NCBI GenBank assembly: GCA_977030845.1
Contig: OZ365109.1
Location: 53,630,001 to 53,694,000 of the forward strand
Direction of reading: 5' to 3'
Origin: Fimbriosthenelais zetlandica
Lineage: Eukaryota
Length of the DNA: 64,000 nt
The notes under the pieces are model-generated. The model did no database searches, was not told where the DNA came from, and was given only the letters and a program-made list of their open reading frames with translations. Made by a program: the position numbers and the translations under genes. Below, one piece after another: positions 12,501-27,500 of the stretch (its first letter is position 1; the number at the start of each line of letters is the position of its first letter).

Positions 12501-15500
12501 ATAACGATTTTTAAATCTTCAAATCCAGACCTATCTCGTAATGATCAAAATGTTGTATAATATGCTTGGAATTATGACATCCCAAATCGACCTGTCCTCT
12601 TCCATTATTTTAATTTTTTTCCATTTTCTTGCAAGGTCTGTATTCATAAAAAAAATTTTGAGACTGAGCTTTTATGGCTTTGCTTATTTTTTGGATTTGC
12701 TTGAGATATTCAGAATTTCTTATTTTCATTTTGGGTGTTTTCTTTCTTGTGTATTTTTTTAAACCACATTTTTGTTAGTCCTAAACTACTCACTCTGAGG
12801 GATGGGATGGGTCCGGGAGGGGGAGCTTTGGTTGGAGGGGACCTTGTTAATAAACATCTGATGTGAAGGAGACAAAGGTTGCCCACCGCTCGAAGGCATG
12901 GTTCCCGCGTACTGCGCGCTCGTCCCGTACTGCGCCATTTCCTGCTGGTAGATGAAGTTAGACTGAGCCGGCAACGATGCTGCTTTAGCCTGCAAAGACA
13001 TCCGCCATGCAACAGATTAATTAATTAAAGGCATTTAAAAATGAGCTCTAATTAAGGAGATCAACAATGGAGTTTGAAAAAAGTTTAATTACAAACCAAT
13101 CATGGCGGTTGAAAGTCATTATTGATAAGATACGATATCCATCTAAGATTTTTGTGAATAATGGATTCCAAGTTTACATTTTCACTAAAAGAAACATCTA
13201 AGAGATTTCTAAAAATATTTTCCTGACAAATAACATTTTTGGAGGCTTTCTGAGAGGGAAAAGACAATTTAATGTGATGAATAGAGAGAGAGAGAGAGAT
13301 CCCTTTCGCAAGTAAGCTACTTGTCCATGAAAGGAAGGATAATGTGTTTGAATGGGCAATCAGTTCCATCGATCTTAAAATTGTACCATTAAAGAGTAGG
13401 AGGAGGAGGGGTAGGGTAGGCATGATATTAACAGGCTTGACTCAACAAGATACATAAAAGGGGAGAGGAAAAGAGGCAGGTACTAGAGGGTCAACAGGTA
13501 CAGAGGGAAGGAGTGCTTTGATCAAGCCTATACATGACAGGAATAGCCTTCCGGGTAAAACCTCAGGTGCATTCTGCCTCCAAACACAGCAGAGATTGCT
13601 GATGGTGTGGCATGAAGAATAAACGCCATCTTTCTCACTGAGAGATGGCTAGAGAGGAGGATAGAGGGGGAGATAATGACACAGACCAGCAGAGAGAGTG
13701 TTTAGAGAGTGTGAAAGCACTTCAATCAGAGTGCTAGAAGTGGAGTGGACTGGTGGAGATTATCATGGCGGGCCTGGTCGGCCATCCGTGAAAGGCTGAC
13801 AGTGCTTCTTCAAGATGCAAAATGAATGTCAATGAAACATCAGCTGGTGTTTTCTTATCCCTGTCATGATTACACACATGAGCAGAGGTCGGAGCAGGGA
13901 TCTGGAGGAGACTAGGCTCCCTGAGGATCAAAGATGTCCCCATTATAGAAAGTGTCAGGGAACACTGTAGTTTGCAATCCTGACGTTTTAGAGTCCACTG
14001 TGTCATTTTCTTGACGTTCGCCATTCGGCATTGCTTCAATTGCTTATGCCTCAATTGATGGCCCAATCTGATATATACGTCAAACATTTTAGCCGAAAGA
14101 TGATCAGAACTGTCAATATATGCAGTCAGACATTGTACCTGGTAAATAATGCTTTAATTTCACCATAGAGAACATGCTAAAAAGCAGGTCTTACAATGTC
14201 TTGGATGATCTACAGACCACACTGAAGGCCAATAGGGAACCCATATGTTTATAAAAGTAGTGAAAAAACTATCCAACTATATGAGAGCAGGATAGTGGCT
14301 TATTTTCAAGTCTAATATGACCACATTTCATCAACCTTTTAAGTTCGATTGCTCTTCAGCTAGGGGAGTACATTTTTATTAATCTGCTCATGCTACAGCC
14401 ATCAGAGGGAACTCTATATTATTTTTTTCTTTTGGGGGAAAAGGGGCAAGTGCTATATACTATATGACTGTATAATTGCGCAAAAAGTAACTCCTTTGAA
14501 GGCTGGTGGCAAGAATATCTCAGTAGCTTACCATGGAATAAATTCCAAACCCCATTTTTATATATGCGCAGCAATGAGACCGACTGTCTCTCGTGTCATT
14601 ATCGATCATGATGAAGTGCCAGACTCCAGGGTTTTGCTTATCGTCAGTTTCCATCCAGCGGGAAAGCTGTCTCACGGGACTTAATCAATTTGACGGGTCG
14701 TTGTCTACCGTGAAAAAAGACCAATGATTCAACCACCCTATAACTCTCACTGCCAGTCTGTACTAGATGCTAAATATAATGGATAAGTATTGAATTAAGG
14801 TCATGCAAATTTCAGATGCCTTGTAGTAATACCAGCCTTTCCTTTGAATAAAACTGTGGGGGAAAGGACTGAATAACATGTCATATACACACCGAAATAA
14901 TGATGATGAACATCTAGTTGTCAATCAATCACCACCCCACCAAGGAAACCATTTATTATCACCAGCCCATCTATTCATTCTCTCCTTCACACCCATTTAT
15001 TACTACACCCATAAACATCAATCTCTTCTGTTAAATTCAACTAGGAAAACCAGGATCTTACAGTTCTTGTTACATGCATATGCGTAAGCAGTATATGGAA
15101 ATTGGACTTCGTCATTGGCAACATAACAAGCCTCATGGCCTGCATGGCCATATATGTGGCCATAATAATTATGGATAGGAACTCAGGATTGCAAAGGAAG
15201 TACAGGGAGGACGAGGTTTTGTATCGCGCAGCTTGGAGCCAGTATCTAGTTTGGATCCATAGTTGCATGATCTGTTGCAGCTCGGGTCCAGTCTCCTGCA
15301 GTTTGAGACCAATTTGCTGCAGCTTGGATTCAGTCTTCTACTTGCAATATGGGTCCAATCACTTGCGGATACTCGTAGTAGACACTTTCATATATAGACA
15401 ACACACTACACAGACCATTTGTACAGTCATAAAATGCTCCAGACTGTCCCAGCCAGCAGCTATCATCTAGAGACTGTATACTTGGCCAGAAATCAAGAAA

Positions 15501-18500
15501 CGCCAGTTCCACCGACACCCAGAGGCATTATATAGCCCTCACCCAAAATAGCTTTCCTAGCCAGGATATCTCCATATTCCCTACGTCCCTGACTGTCCTT
15601 GAGAAATGGCCAGACCACCTTCCTTCTACTTACCATAACCACGATTAGGCTCTATGTGATAAGGTCCGAGCATTTTTAGCCACAAGTTCCTTCAGGCAAA
15701 ATCAGTAAAACAACAGGCTACAAGAGTTGTGAATGTAGCCTGGAAGGTCACAGCACTGAGAAGTGGCTGATACAAGGCGAGTGTTCCTGTCACTGATATA
15801 TTTCTCCAGTGTTGTCAGTGCCAACAGACGTACATATAGCATTCCCTGTGAAAACAATACAACTGCTGCATGGGACCCTGCTATATATAGGAAGAAACAT
15901 TGACATAGACCTTGTAGGTTGACTGATTTAACATATCCAGAGGCAGGCTAGACATGCAATGCTGAAGTTCATAGTCAATTTAAAGCTAAAATTGTAACCA
16001 TTATGGCATTATACGTGGAGGGTAATTCCATCCATTATGTATGTTATATCTGCTTGGAGAAAAACACAATAACACCAGAAAGAGCTCCGATCTGATTAAA
16101 TTCGATGTCTGACGCAGTTCGATTGCAATTTTATTGATTAGAGAGGGGAAAATCAGTGGAAAATAGCAACCGGGAAATGGGAATTGTGATTCAGCGAATT
16201 ATGATGGGAGGGATGGATTAGAGATGCAAGAGTGAGTTAAAGTTAAAAAAACAACTGGGTACAATTAATCTTCATAGCATCCTACCACCCCTTAAGCGCA
16301 AATCACAAAAATGTACTGTCCTTCTCCTATTGAATAAAAATATTAAGTTTAGGATGCGACAAGGGTTCTGATAATATTTTCCACAGTCCATGTTTTATAT
16401 TAAGCTTGGAAGTTACTCTGTCAATATTTTAAATCACAACAAAATGAAAAAAAAAAAGAAGTGAAAGCCAAAGGATTTAGAAGTGGTTCTGTGTTATTTT
16501 GGAGGAGAGAATGAAGGAGTAAAATCAATGTTTGGTAAGAGTGGTCCAGGAGGGGGATAGAGCCGTGGGTGAGGGATTGTTGTCCCAACATTAAACGATG
16601 ATCAATCATTTTGTAGAAGTCAGGAAAGGATTACTGCCCCCAGGCACAGTAGCTAGATGCTAGAACCTCAGGTCTTAAAGATATCTCTGTAAAACCTAAA
16701 CTAAATGCTATAAAAATGACTCCTAGATATGAGCTGAATTCTTAAAAAGAACAAACTGTGTTGGGCTACTTTTCCTTATATAATATGTCCGATGTGGTAT
16801 ATCAGATAATCAGCAAGATCAAAGACAGACCAGACTTTTATAATATATAATATAATATAAGTCACATATAGGTCACATTTATCATTGGAATCTTTATTTT
16901 ATCTTTACATTGACAGATATTCAAGTCACAAACACTTAATTGGCTTGGCCCCAATATTCGTGATTTTTGCCAGCGTAAATATACCAATTTAGGGCCTGGT
17001 AGATGCTGATTTGTGTATTTTAAGGCCTTTTCTCATCAAGCTTTTTCTCCATCATCAAATCTGCACCAGCAGAATACTAAGGTAAAGCTCAGCACAGTAT
17101 TGCATCAGACCCAGTCAAATTTTCTTATTATGGGAAAACTAACAAGGGAAATTTGCGATTAAAAACCTATTTCCATATGGAATTCCAGGCCCATTCAGCA
17201 CCTCTTCGACAGCGCTTGAATAATATTTGACTAAAATGGCTAATTAGATTATTCCATTTAATTCCATCATTAACTTATTAAAATTAAACAAAAAGCGAGG
17301 CATATTCAAATATGTATTTAGAAAGTCAAGAGACCTTTCAGGGGAGATGGCTCGTCTACTGAATATTATATTAATAGAAAACCTTGGTGCAAGTCTATAC
17401 GAGAGGTGCTCACTTCGCTGGCTTCAGTGGTGATGGAATAGCTCTGATTTCCCTCCAGACGCTATATCAGGAGGCATGATCAACACGCTCCCAGATGACG
17501 AGAGCAAGAACCAACACTTTCTCCATCGATTCTCGCCCCCCACTTATTTCCGCCCTTTCCCAGCCAAACGCTAACTCGCGGTTATATTGGTCTGGCAATA
17601 AAATTGAAATATTCAACACCTCCTCTTCCGCCTATAGGGACTGGCGTCTCAAGGCAGATGTAACTTTTCAAAGTGACTTTGCTCAAAGTTAAAGCAGTTC
17701 TTTCCCGCGCCAGATTTTTCCAATATGAGGTCGTCTAAATGCGAGCTTTTCTGGTTTCCAATTTGCCGATTTCAGGAAGGATTAAAGTATTCCACGTCAA
17801 AAGGGCAAAAGGTCACAAATCAATGAATGAATCATAACCATAGCCTTCGTCCAGCTCCAATGCATATCCAAACAACAGTATCCCAATGACTTACACTGTA
17901 AAATGAGTGCAATAATCAATAAAAGCAGGACTTGGCAAGTCTAATGACAGGACACTAATTCCTCAGAAGGCGATGATCACCGTGATCTATACATCATTCA
18001 CACAGTGCATGATCCGACTGTCACATTCTCTGGTTAGACTTAATCTCGAGCCCCCATCAGTGGATTGTATATTGGTTTTGGACCCTATTGGCACATCCAT
18101 AAAGGGGCCTGAGTTAAAGGCAAGAATCCCAACTGCAGCAAGTACATCATAGATTAACATAAAGATGCAATTGATACAACCAACATGGCCATCCAGGTGG
18201 AATAAAAGGCACGACAAGGAAGATGTTATTCAAAATGGCGTCTAGGAGTAATAGTAATTTGGTTTAATAACATGGTATGAAGCAAACAACAGGGCTTGTA
18301 TCCTTACCGATGAATGAATTAGGGCTAATTTACATGACAAAAACACTTGACCAGATTTCATAAAATTACTGTGGACAGATGAAGTATGGTCAAGGATTGT
18401 GTCCATTAGCAAGCCAAACCCACACAGCCATAGATTGTTCTGAGAGAGACTAAACCTCAGAACTAATATCTGCAGACAGAAGTAATATCAAGACAGAATA

Positions 18501-21500
18501 TTCCAAGATGAACAAAGATCTTTGAAATGTTATGAATATTTCAACAACGTCAACGGCAGAATGTAATTTTCCAAGAACATAACATTTTCAAAGCTAGCAA
18601 CACTGAAGTAATCTCTGCATAGAGACATCAAATGGAATCTAGAGGAATCATTGTAGGAACCAATCTGTGGAAGAAATCAGTAAAAAGAGACTAACGGTGG
18701 AAAATAGTCGATAGTAATCAAAGAAGGGAAATGCCAGGACGTGTCTCTATGCCGACAGAGTCCTCAGTCCACAAGCATTGAGCTCAACGTGTCGCCAGCA
18801 ATCAATTAACTATGGATCCCACTGCCTTTGATGGGGTGCTTACTTAATCTCAATAACTGGCATAATGGAAATCACAAGTTGTAATTAGCGTTCAGCGACA
18901 TGGGTCTTTACTCTTTAGGGGACATTGCCGGGGTAGTGATGGAGGTATTGTATTGATTCTATTGTGCTCCGATCAGCATGGGATGGATTTGGCGGAGCAC
19001 CGGTCCAACACTCTTAAAAAGGTTCTTATTAGATGTTATTTTAGGGAACTCAGAGATATTTGCAGAGCCAAAGCAATGCTGGGAAGGGTTCTCTCGTTCT
19101 CTCCGCAATATGAGTGACATTTGTGCCTACGCTACGCTCTGCATACATCATTTAGGTGACAGAGAAGGAAAGAGAGAAGTAGAGTGGGAGAGAGAGAGAG
19201 GGAAGGAGCTATGCGGGGGAAGGTATAGAGAGATACAGGAATATACTGTCCATATATTACTTACCTGATCGAAATTTCTGGGAGGAGCTGAGGTGTGGTG
19301 GGCGGGGGAGTGGGGGCCGGAGCCATCCTGTCCTCCGCCACTATAATACACACCTTGTGCCCGGACAGTCTTAGGACTGCGAGAGGGACTCCGGACTGAT
19401 GGAGCTTCCGTCTCATAGATCTTGAGGACCGCTCGATCCTTCACATCTCTGCAAAGAAAGGAGAATACACATTATATATCAAAGAAACATTATCACATAG
19501 CGCCTTGTATTTATAAAAGAACTTATATTTATGAAAGAAAATTACTGTGTTGGAATGAACAGTTAAGGCATCCAAGTCATATAAAGAATTTTCTCATTGA
19601 GGAATGCAAATGGTAAAACATTATGTTAACTGGGCCAGATGTACGTTAGTCGTGCGACAAGAACAACCCACAAGCCCACAAGCAATAGATAGACGGACCT
19701 GACATTAGCCAAGAAAACAGCCAGTGAATTGCCTGAAACAATTGATGGACCGACCTGACATACGTCTAGAAAACAGCCCAGTGGCCATGACTCTTTACTG
19801 TGAAGGCTATAAGTAGGAGCTTGTATACTTTGGATGTATGGCCCAATTTTCACAAGGCCCAATTTGCCACGGTCTTGCCACGGTGGCCATGGTCCTGTTT
19901 CCCTACATGTCGCGGCCATTTACTAGACCCAATTATCTCTCTGCTTCGTGAACAACACGGCCTTGCAGGGAGCATTAGCCCGGGTCAATACATGATACAG
20001 CATTATATCGATCATTATAATAAGACACTTTGGTTTGAGACTAATATCCCTAAACCAGCAGGATGTAGCCGGGCATCTGGAGGACCTTAATCTCTCCCTT
20101 CCCTCCTTCCTCCAGTACTGCCCTCCCTGCTGCCACCAATATCAGGACCCCAACTTCATAGCCGGTCAATAGATTGATTTTACTTCCTTGGTGTCCGCCA
20201 AAAAGGGTCCCATCGACTGGTGAGGAGGGTCAAGAACGGAGGGCGCAATATGACACTTGGAATGCCCTTGTGATGCCCTTCTGGCTAACTCTTCACGCCC
20301 TCAGCCCACCGCACACTCCGGAATATCACAGGAGCCCACTTTCGGGACTTCCTGAGAGGGTCAAAGGCATGTGTGTGGTGGGAACACTTTCTGGATTCTC
20401 ATTTAGCACTATATCTTTGGTGATATATGGAGAAGGATATAACACAAGGGCACTGGTTTTCAGTTATTTTACACAAGTAAAAACTAATGCAAGAAATAGT
20501 GCAAGAACAAATGTCATCTTTTTCTTAAGGGACAAATATAATCTCTTTCTTAAGGGTTCTCATACTTAGGGTTCTTACCCTATTAGATTTATGCTTCATG
20601 GAGCCTTTCATTTCTTTAATCGAAGTGATTGACATAGTTCATGTCTTCTTGAAGCCTGGACTAAAGAACATAAAAACTCAAGCTGTGAAGTGAGGCGTAG
20701 ATCCAATCAAATTATGGTTCCATGAGGTGACTGGGTGCAGAGTGTAAAAGCTCGTTACAGTAATATTCAGTCGCCTTTTCGTCCCTACACAGTTCATGGT
20801 GAGTGGATATTCATGGCAGAGGTCCAAAATGGACTAGTCCATGTCCATATTCCACAGCAGCTAGCAGAGGGCTAATTCCAAGTCCCTATCACGTCTAGTG
20901 GTTCAAGAATAAAATCCCACTGCCTCACTCTCCACTACCATTAAACCCCAGGAAAAATAAATCAGGCACATCTTTCATCTGGAAATCTGGAAGGCTTCAG
21001 AAGGATAGCTAAATGGCCCCGTAGCTTCTGCCAAATCCATTTGGCATCAAATATTCGAAGCAGGGGGATGATAGATTGTTCCCGGTGGGAAAAAGATGTG
21101 AAATAAACCTGCCTTAATTGTTTGGACATATCTCTTGGAATCCATGAGGGATGAAGTTATATAGAGACCGGCCGAGTGAGAGAGACCTTTTTTCATTCGG
21201 TAATTGCAGTGAGTGCTGTCAAGAGTCAGTCTAGCCAATGACAAGCCTATTCTGTGAAGAGTGGCTACTAATTAAGTTGGAACTAAAATGAATGGTTTGG
21301 GCTAGAATACCTTGATCACTATGGATGCTATAGAGCCTAGGACACTAATGGCTCAGAGGTGTGCTTTCGAATAAAATTAATAAAATAGTCAAGGCCATTC
21401 TCTGGCCGTTTTAGAATCTCTCAGTGAAAACTAAAGGTGTCTGAGGTCTTTACAAAGATTATTATATGAACTGGGGTCTCATTTGACCATCAAGACTATA

Positions 21501-24500
21501 TATATAGCTTAATACTTCATCCAGGGTTCATTCAACTACAAGCAGATTTTAATTACATGTCCTCAAACCAGGAAGAAGGGGGCGAGCAATTATGAAGCTA
21601 TTTACAAGAAGAAGGCAATCGATGGTGATTGATGTACTCACCACGGAGTAGTTATGACTCACCCAGAGCGGTTTAATGATGATAGTTTGAGGTTACTTCA
21701 CATTTTACTGATTATTAGGTAATAAAGCCTGGATAGGCCTGGGTATTATGGATTGAAAGGACACGGCTGAAGCAGTATATTCTTATAAGAATAATAAGTA
21801 TTGTAATATCTCAAACCAGCAAACCGTTTTTCTGACCAGATTTATTTTTACCAAGCGGGGATCATAAGCAACCATTACGCTGGACTGGAGTGAAAGTAAC
21901 AAAGTGTAACTAAAAACAGAAAAATGGAATGGGAGTGGAAATTCCTATCAGGTTAGAAGTGAAAATGATAATTAGTTAGTGAATAAATACTGAGAAGTCT
22001 ATCATTTAGACTAGAATGGTTTCTTTCAACATTTCTACTCAATTCCCATGAAACTAGATAACAATGATGGCAACCTGAGCAAGCGTCCATATTGCCGTGG
22101 TGATGATCGGTTACAATGGACTCCAATAACATGCCCCTTTTAGACTCATTGGCCGAGTCCTAATAGTCAAATCTCAGCATAAATAGGGTACGATTTAGAT
22201 ATTTTCCAGCAACATTTGCCTGCAAATTAGCACATTACCAATCTAATTCACAGCAAGGTACTGCGAGGCGCATTGCAAGAAGAATGCCGACTAATAGAAG
22301 AATACTAGCGTGACATTCATCATGGAGAAAGTGCTTTAAAACAAAACCAGAATAATTGCCATAATCTTTCCTAATTACACGGGGGACCATTTGGCCATTT
22401 TCCCCATGAGACTCATGTCTGTAGTCGACTGCAGAGCCATTCATTTTGCAATAATTTGAAGGGCTTTTGACAAAATGTGAAAACTTGCTTCAATGGAGCA
22501 ATGATAATAGTGACATGCCTCAGCGCTGGCTTGGGTCTATGCTGGGACCTTTAAGATACCAGAACATATTGTTTGTCTCCCCACGCGGAAGCATCTTAAT
22601 AAGCAGTATTGAAAGCAGCAGCCTAGCAGTGTGTGTATTTTCAATGGCCTTCTTCATAAATAACCCTAGCGTGTATGATGGAAATTCAACCAAATCTCTG
22701 GCAATAGAAAGAGCAACAAAGCATTGTTACTCCCATTCCACTATGCCATATTTTAATCAGCAAGACGTGTGGTCCCACCACGGTTAAACTAATAAACTAT
22801 ATACTGTATGACACATAATATGAACCGATGGAAGCATCTAACGAGCATTTCTTAGCAAGACGCCTCGCAAAACACCTTTTTGGGAGTGGAATGATGATCA
22901 ATTGCCAGGAATGATTTCCTCTCAAAAAAAGGCCAGTCACCTAGAATAAATTCGGCTGATATATCATATATCATATCTACCACGGCTTGACACAAACTCA
23001 TGTGTCATTTGAGATCCAAAAAAGAGGGCATCAGACAGAGGGTGGAACGTGGGTGGAGAGAAAGCAATCGATAGAGATATAAATTGAATGATAAACAAGG
23101 ATAGGCCTGTCAGGAGCAGTGAGATAAGACTCTTATAGGAGTGTGACCATGGGCAATACATAGATTTAATACTTGCAAACCCAGTCTATCACCAATATCT
23201 CTCCATCTGTCATCATCCATCATATAATACCGAATATACACAAGAATTAAAAAGATTAAAGGCTCACAGGGCTCGAAAAGAGAGTGTCTGGACTATGCCA
23301 AAATACCAATATTTAGATAATTACCAATAATATATGTAGAAAATAGACCCACAAGACTACCATACCATACCATTCAGCGATACTATTTTTTCTACCATCA
23401 CAATAAATAATATCTTATATCCCATGTCTTTAATAATTGTCTTAGTTATATTCTCACATTTTAATTATTACAGTTGTATTACTGTGTCAGATAATTAATT
23501 CCAATGTATTTTTCAGGACATCTTATAGGTCTAAGATGATAATAAAAGGCAATGGCTCATTAACCTTACCTTCGATAATAGGCTATTTTCGGTAACATTT
23601 GGTCTCGCCCTGGTCTTGCTTTGTAGACGTACAGCCTGTTCAGCTCATCCATGGTTGTGGATTGCTTGTGGATATCAGTGTAATGTATTCCAAATCAGAG
23701 CAACTGATAGCCCTATATGCATGGCTAGATCCAAGCCCATTGATATAAGCCTAAAGATATCTGAATGATGTCCCACTACCCGAAGCCAAACAGATAATTA
23801 TACATGATCAATTAGAACCAAATTACTTATTCAGATTCCCTAACATACCATTAATTGATAGAAATATAATTCAATTAATTGCTTTTCAATTAATGATGGG
23901 GCAAGTCCGAAGCAATGGTTTAGTCATTGTCCATTCTGGCTAACAAGCAAAAAAGAAAAATGTCCCCTTATGTCCGTACATATATACAAATGTAACAACC
24001 ATATAGCTTTGGCAACAGCATAAATAAATGACACTCCCTTGATAGGTCCCTCTCAACAACCAAGAACAAGGGCCTTCTAGCGACAAGCATATAAGCCTTT
24101 CTGCAATTAGTGTCCTCTACTCCTCTTACAAGTGTCTTTTGCCTTTGGATTGTACTCTATATCAGACATCATAGTCCCAGGAGGCAACTGCCTTCTTTAG
24201 CCCTAGGTTTGACTAATAAGTATAAGCCAGATTTTGGGGACCGAAATCTTCCAAATAGTCATATGCAAATGCTCTTAAATGACAAACTCCTGGGGGTTTC
24301 CTGCAGTATTGTCACAAAATATGCAATAATAATGTCCGGAGTGTCTCCTGGTCCGACGGGATGTCCTTTACTGAAGCCCTTGTCTTGTTCGTACAGCAAT
24401 ATTATATAGCAAGTCTTTTTACTTTTTTTTCTAGCAGGCAGCATATAAGGGAATCCCTACAGTGGTTGATGGGAGAGGAGGGAAGACGCAGAAATGTCCT

Positions 24501-27500
24501 CTCTCCCATGTGCCAGCCACTGCGCTTCTGCAGGTCGGGTAGAGTGGGGACTGCTTCCAGATTCCTCCTGGCGCCTTAGTGACTGGCGCCTATCTGGAAG
24601 CACAGGCCAGGCGTCGATGGCGCCTATAGACATGGAAGTGTGCAGGAGGGGAGAGGGAGTGGGAGTGGGAGTGGGAGAAAGGGAGAGTATGGGTATGTGA
24701 TGCACTGGGACCTTGGCTACAGGCATCTATGCTTCCCCATATTAATCAGCGAAACCGATGTTGATTATTTTAGTGAACAATTGTAAACACTAACAATTAA
24801 AATACCATTGGTTAAATACCGGATTACTTAATAATTGATTGCTGAACTTTAGAAAGTCATTTCTTTTTGCACTGAATTCTACTACGTTGTTCTTGCATCC
24901 TTACAACCAATTGAATTACCAGGCTAGAAGCAGGATACAGGCCATTGCTGCCATTTTATTGTTGGCCATTTTCAGAGTATGACACTTGAAGAAGTTCTAT
25001 CAGTGCATATCGGGAGGCTAATCTGATTGTACTTGGCGTTTCAATTAGATGAAGTCAGATTTAGCTGATGGTTTGGGAATATGGTATCTGTCGGTCAATA
25101 TGAGGCCCCAGCTGTAGAGAATGGGTCCCACACTGGAGGTCAATACTGGGGGTCCTATTCCCCTGATTAAACAAACCCTTATGGACTTAACTCTTCCTCT
25201 AATTTAAAGCAAAGCTATTGTCTGTTCTCAGAATACAATCAGGTCATCTGCTACTCATAGATCGCATTTTCTGGGGCATCGGGCATCACGTGAATCAGAA
25301 TCCAAGTAGTTTTAATCCACTGAATTGCAATGAAATTTACTATATTTCCCGTTTATCTTTTGATACATTCTTTGGCATTAGCCAAGTACAATATTATTCA
25401 TCTTATGCATTATTAATGCTAACGAACAAGAACCCAAGACAAGAAAACACACCTTTGAATCAGGAGAAACATTTAGAAAGCATTATCTTGGATGGTTAAT
25501 AAATAATAAAATAGAGCAAGCGGTAAAGGAACTGACATAAGCCTGGCACAATTGTTCACTGTTTTTATAAAGCAGGGATACATTTGTTGACACTGAGACC
25601 TCTGATAGTGAACATCACCCTGTTATCTACAGCATTGATAAGGTCAGCCTGTCCTGGCTGACAGCAGTATGGAGTAAACACGGTAAACTAATGGGCTGGC
25701 AGCAGTAACAGCAGCAATCCCTCCCACAAAACAAAATGGCATTCCACGAACACTATCACCTAGGCCAAACCTGGGACATGAGTGAAGAATTATTATTTCC
25801 TCGATAGAAAATTATCAGAATCATCAGTGATTCTAGTGCGTAAAGATATATGGCCCATTGGAATATTGAAGTTGTATCGCACAACACACAGGCAAAATAT
25901 TAATGAATATTACATATCGTAACAATACATCACGCCGTAGTTTTTATTTTCATCGAAAAAATCTCAAAATTAATTGAGAGATCAACAAGATAAATAGGGT
26001 ACAAAATCAATTGCCATTATCTATCTGCCCATATCCTGATTCGATCTAACAATCCTGCATTCCATGAAGATGCAATAAAATGTAGGGTCTCTGGCACATA
26101 TTCCCCTCGTTGCATAACTTCAGCGAGCGCTCGTAGAAAATATCGTAGGAATTTTCCTGTGAATTTTTTTCCTACGAGACTTGGCCAGCGAGACCTCGCT
26201 GAAGTTAGGCAACAAAGGAGAATGCTCGGGTGGCTAATGTTTGTTAGTTCATTTTGATCTTTGAATGGTTCGTTCATGATTTTGAACTTAGTTCGGTCGT
26301 GATACATTTTGTTCTATATAATATTCTTTGTTCAGCCGTGCACGTGCATGATACATTGTGATCTTTGTTCAGCCGTGATACATTTGATCTGAGGTATGCT
26401 ACGGCATCAACGAAGGTGGTGGGAGAGGAGGAGAGGGTTGAAGAGAGGAAGCAGAGTTTCTGTTAGCATACTCGGCACACGCTATCTGCTGATTCAGCCC
26501 AAATGACAATTATCCCACATGAATGAGGAGGGGCAGCCTCAGAACTGCCTGCTCCATAAGAGCTCTTATATCTATAGACATGCCATATTCACATTGTAGG
26601 GAATCAATACAGTTATATTGGTATTAACAATCATCGTTTGCTCTGCCCTTCAAACAAGTGTATTAAATACTTGCAGGCTTGTTAGACGAGAGGGTCCCAA
26701 CCTCCTCTAGTGTTTGAACGATGTTTGGTAAGAGATTTTCAATATTCATGCCTCGCCTAAGAACCTATTTTTGTTAGCCATGTAGTTTGAATCTGTAGGC
26801 CAACTATTCTGAGAAGTATAAAATAATTTCAAATAACATACTTGCTTACAAGTAATTTGTAACCATTGGCACCTAATTAATTCTTGCGATAGATTTTGCA
26901 TTTACAAAAGTATTTATTATGAATATAACAAAAGTATAACGAATTTAACAAATGTATGATGAGCATTATGAAAAGTATATTATGCGTACATTTTAATTCC
27001 GATAAAATAAATTTTGTGCAATACAAGATACAAATAAAATGTATAGGTGCAAATCTGTATTTAATGATGTAGGGATGATACCTAAAGAGAGAACAGAGTA
27101 GGTACATAAAGAATTGGCATCAGATCATTAATTTGCTACTTTCAGCGTCTCTTCATTGTAGGAATGTGATCAAATAGCAACTGACAAGCATGACATAATC
27201 ACCTACATTTTATAATAATTGCCTAAGATTTGCAGGACGTTTTGTGCTAATTTTACTATCATCCTTACATGAAAACCTAATTAAATTTAGTTCAATCTTT
27301 CAAAGTTTGAACCGATTAGCATCAATCATTGCTGGAACAGGTATTTGGAAATTAAACACTTTTATTGATTACCTTTCATGCCAAAGCTTGTGGTCTAATG
27401 ACACACTGAAGGATGTTGGTTCAAAGTGTAATTTTGGGATTTATAAATTTGAGGTGCAGAATATTATTTTTTACATTAAATTTCTTCTTAATTAAAGCTA

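Noticed and set aside
24457-24726. 89-aa minus ORF with TPTPTPSP
   Set aside because: Product of the (GGGAGT)n repeat; no usable splice sites; the flanking core exons join without it.
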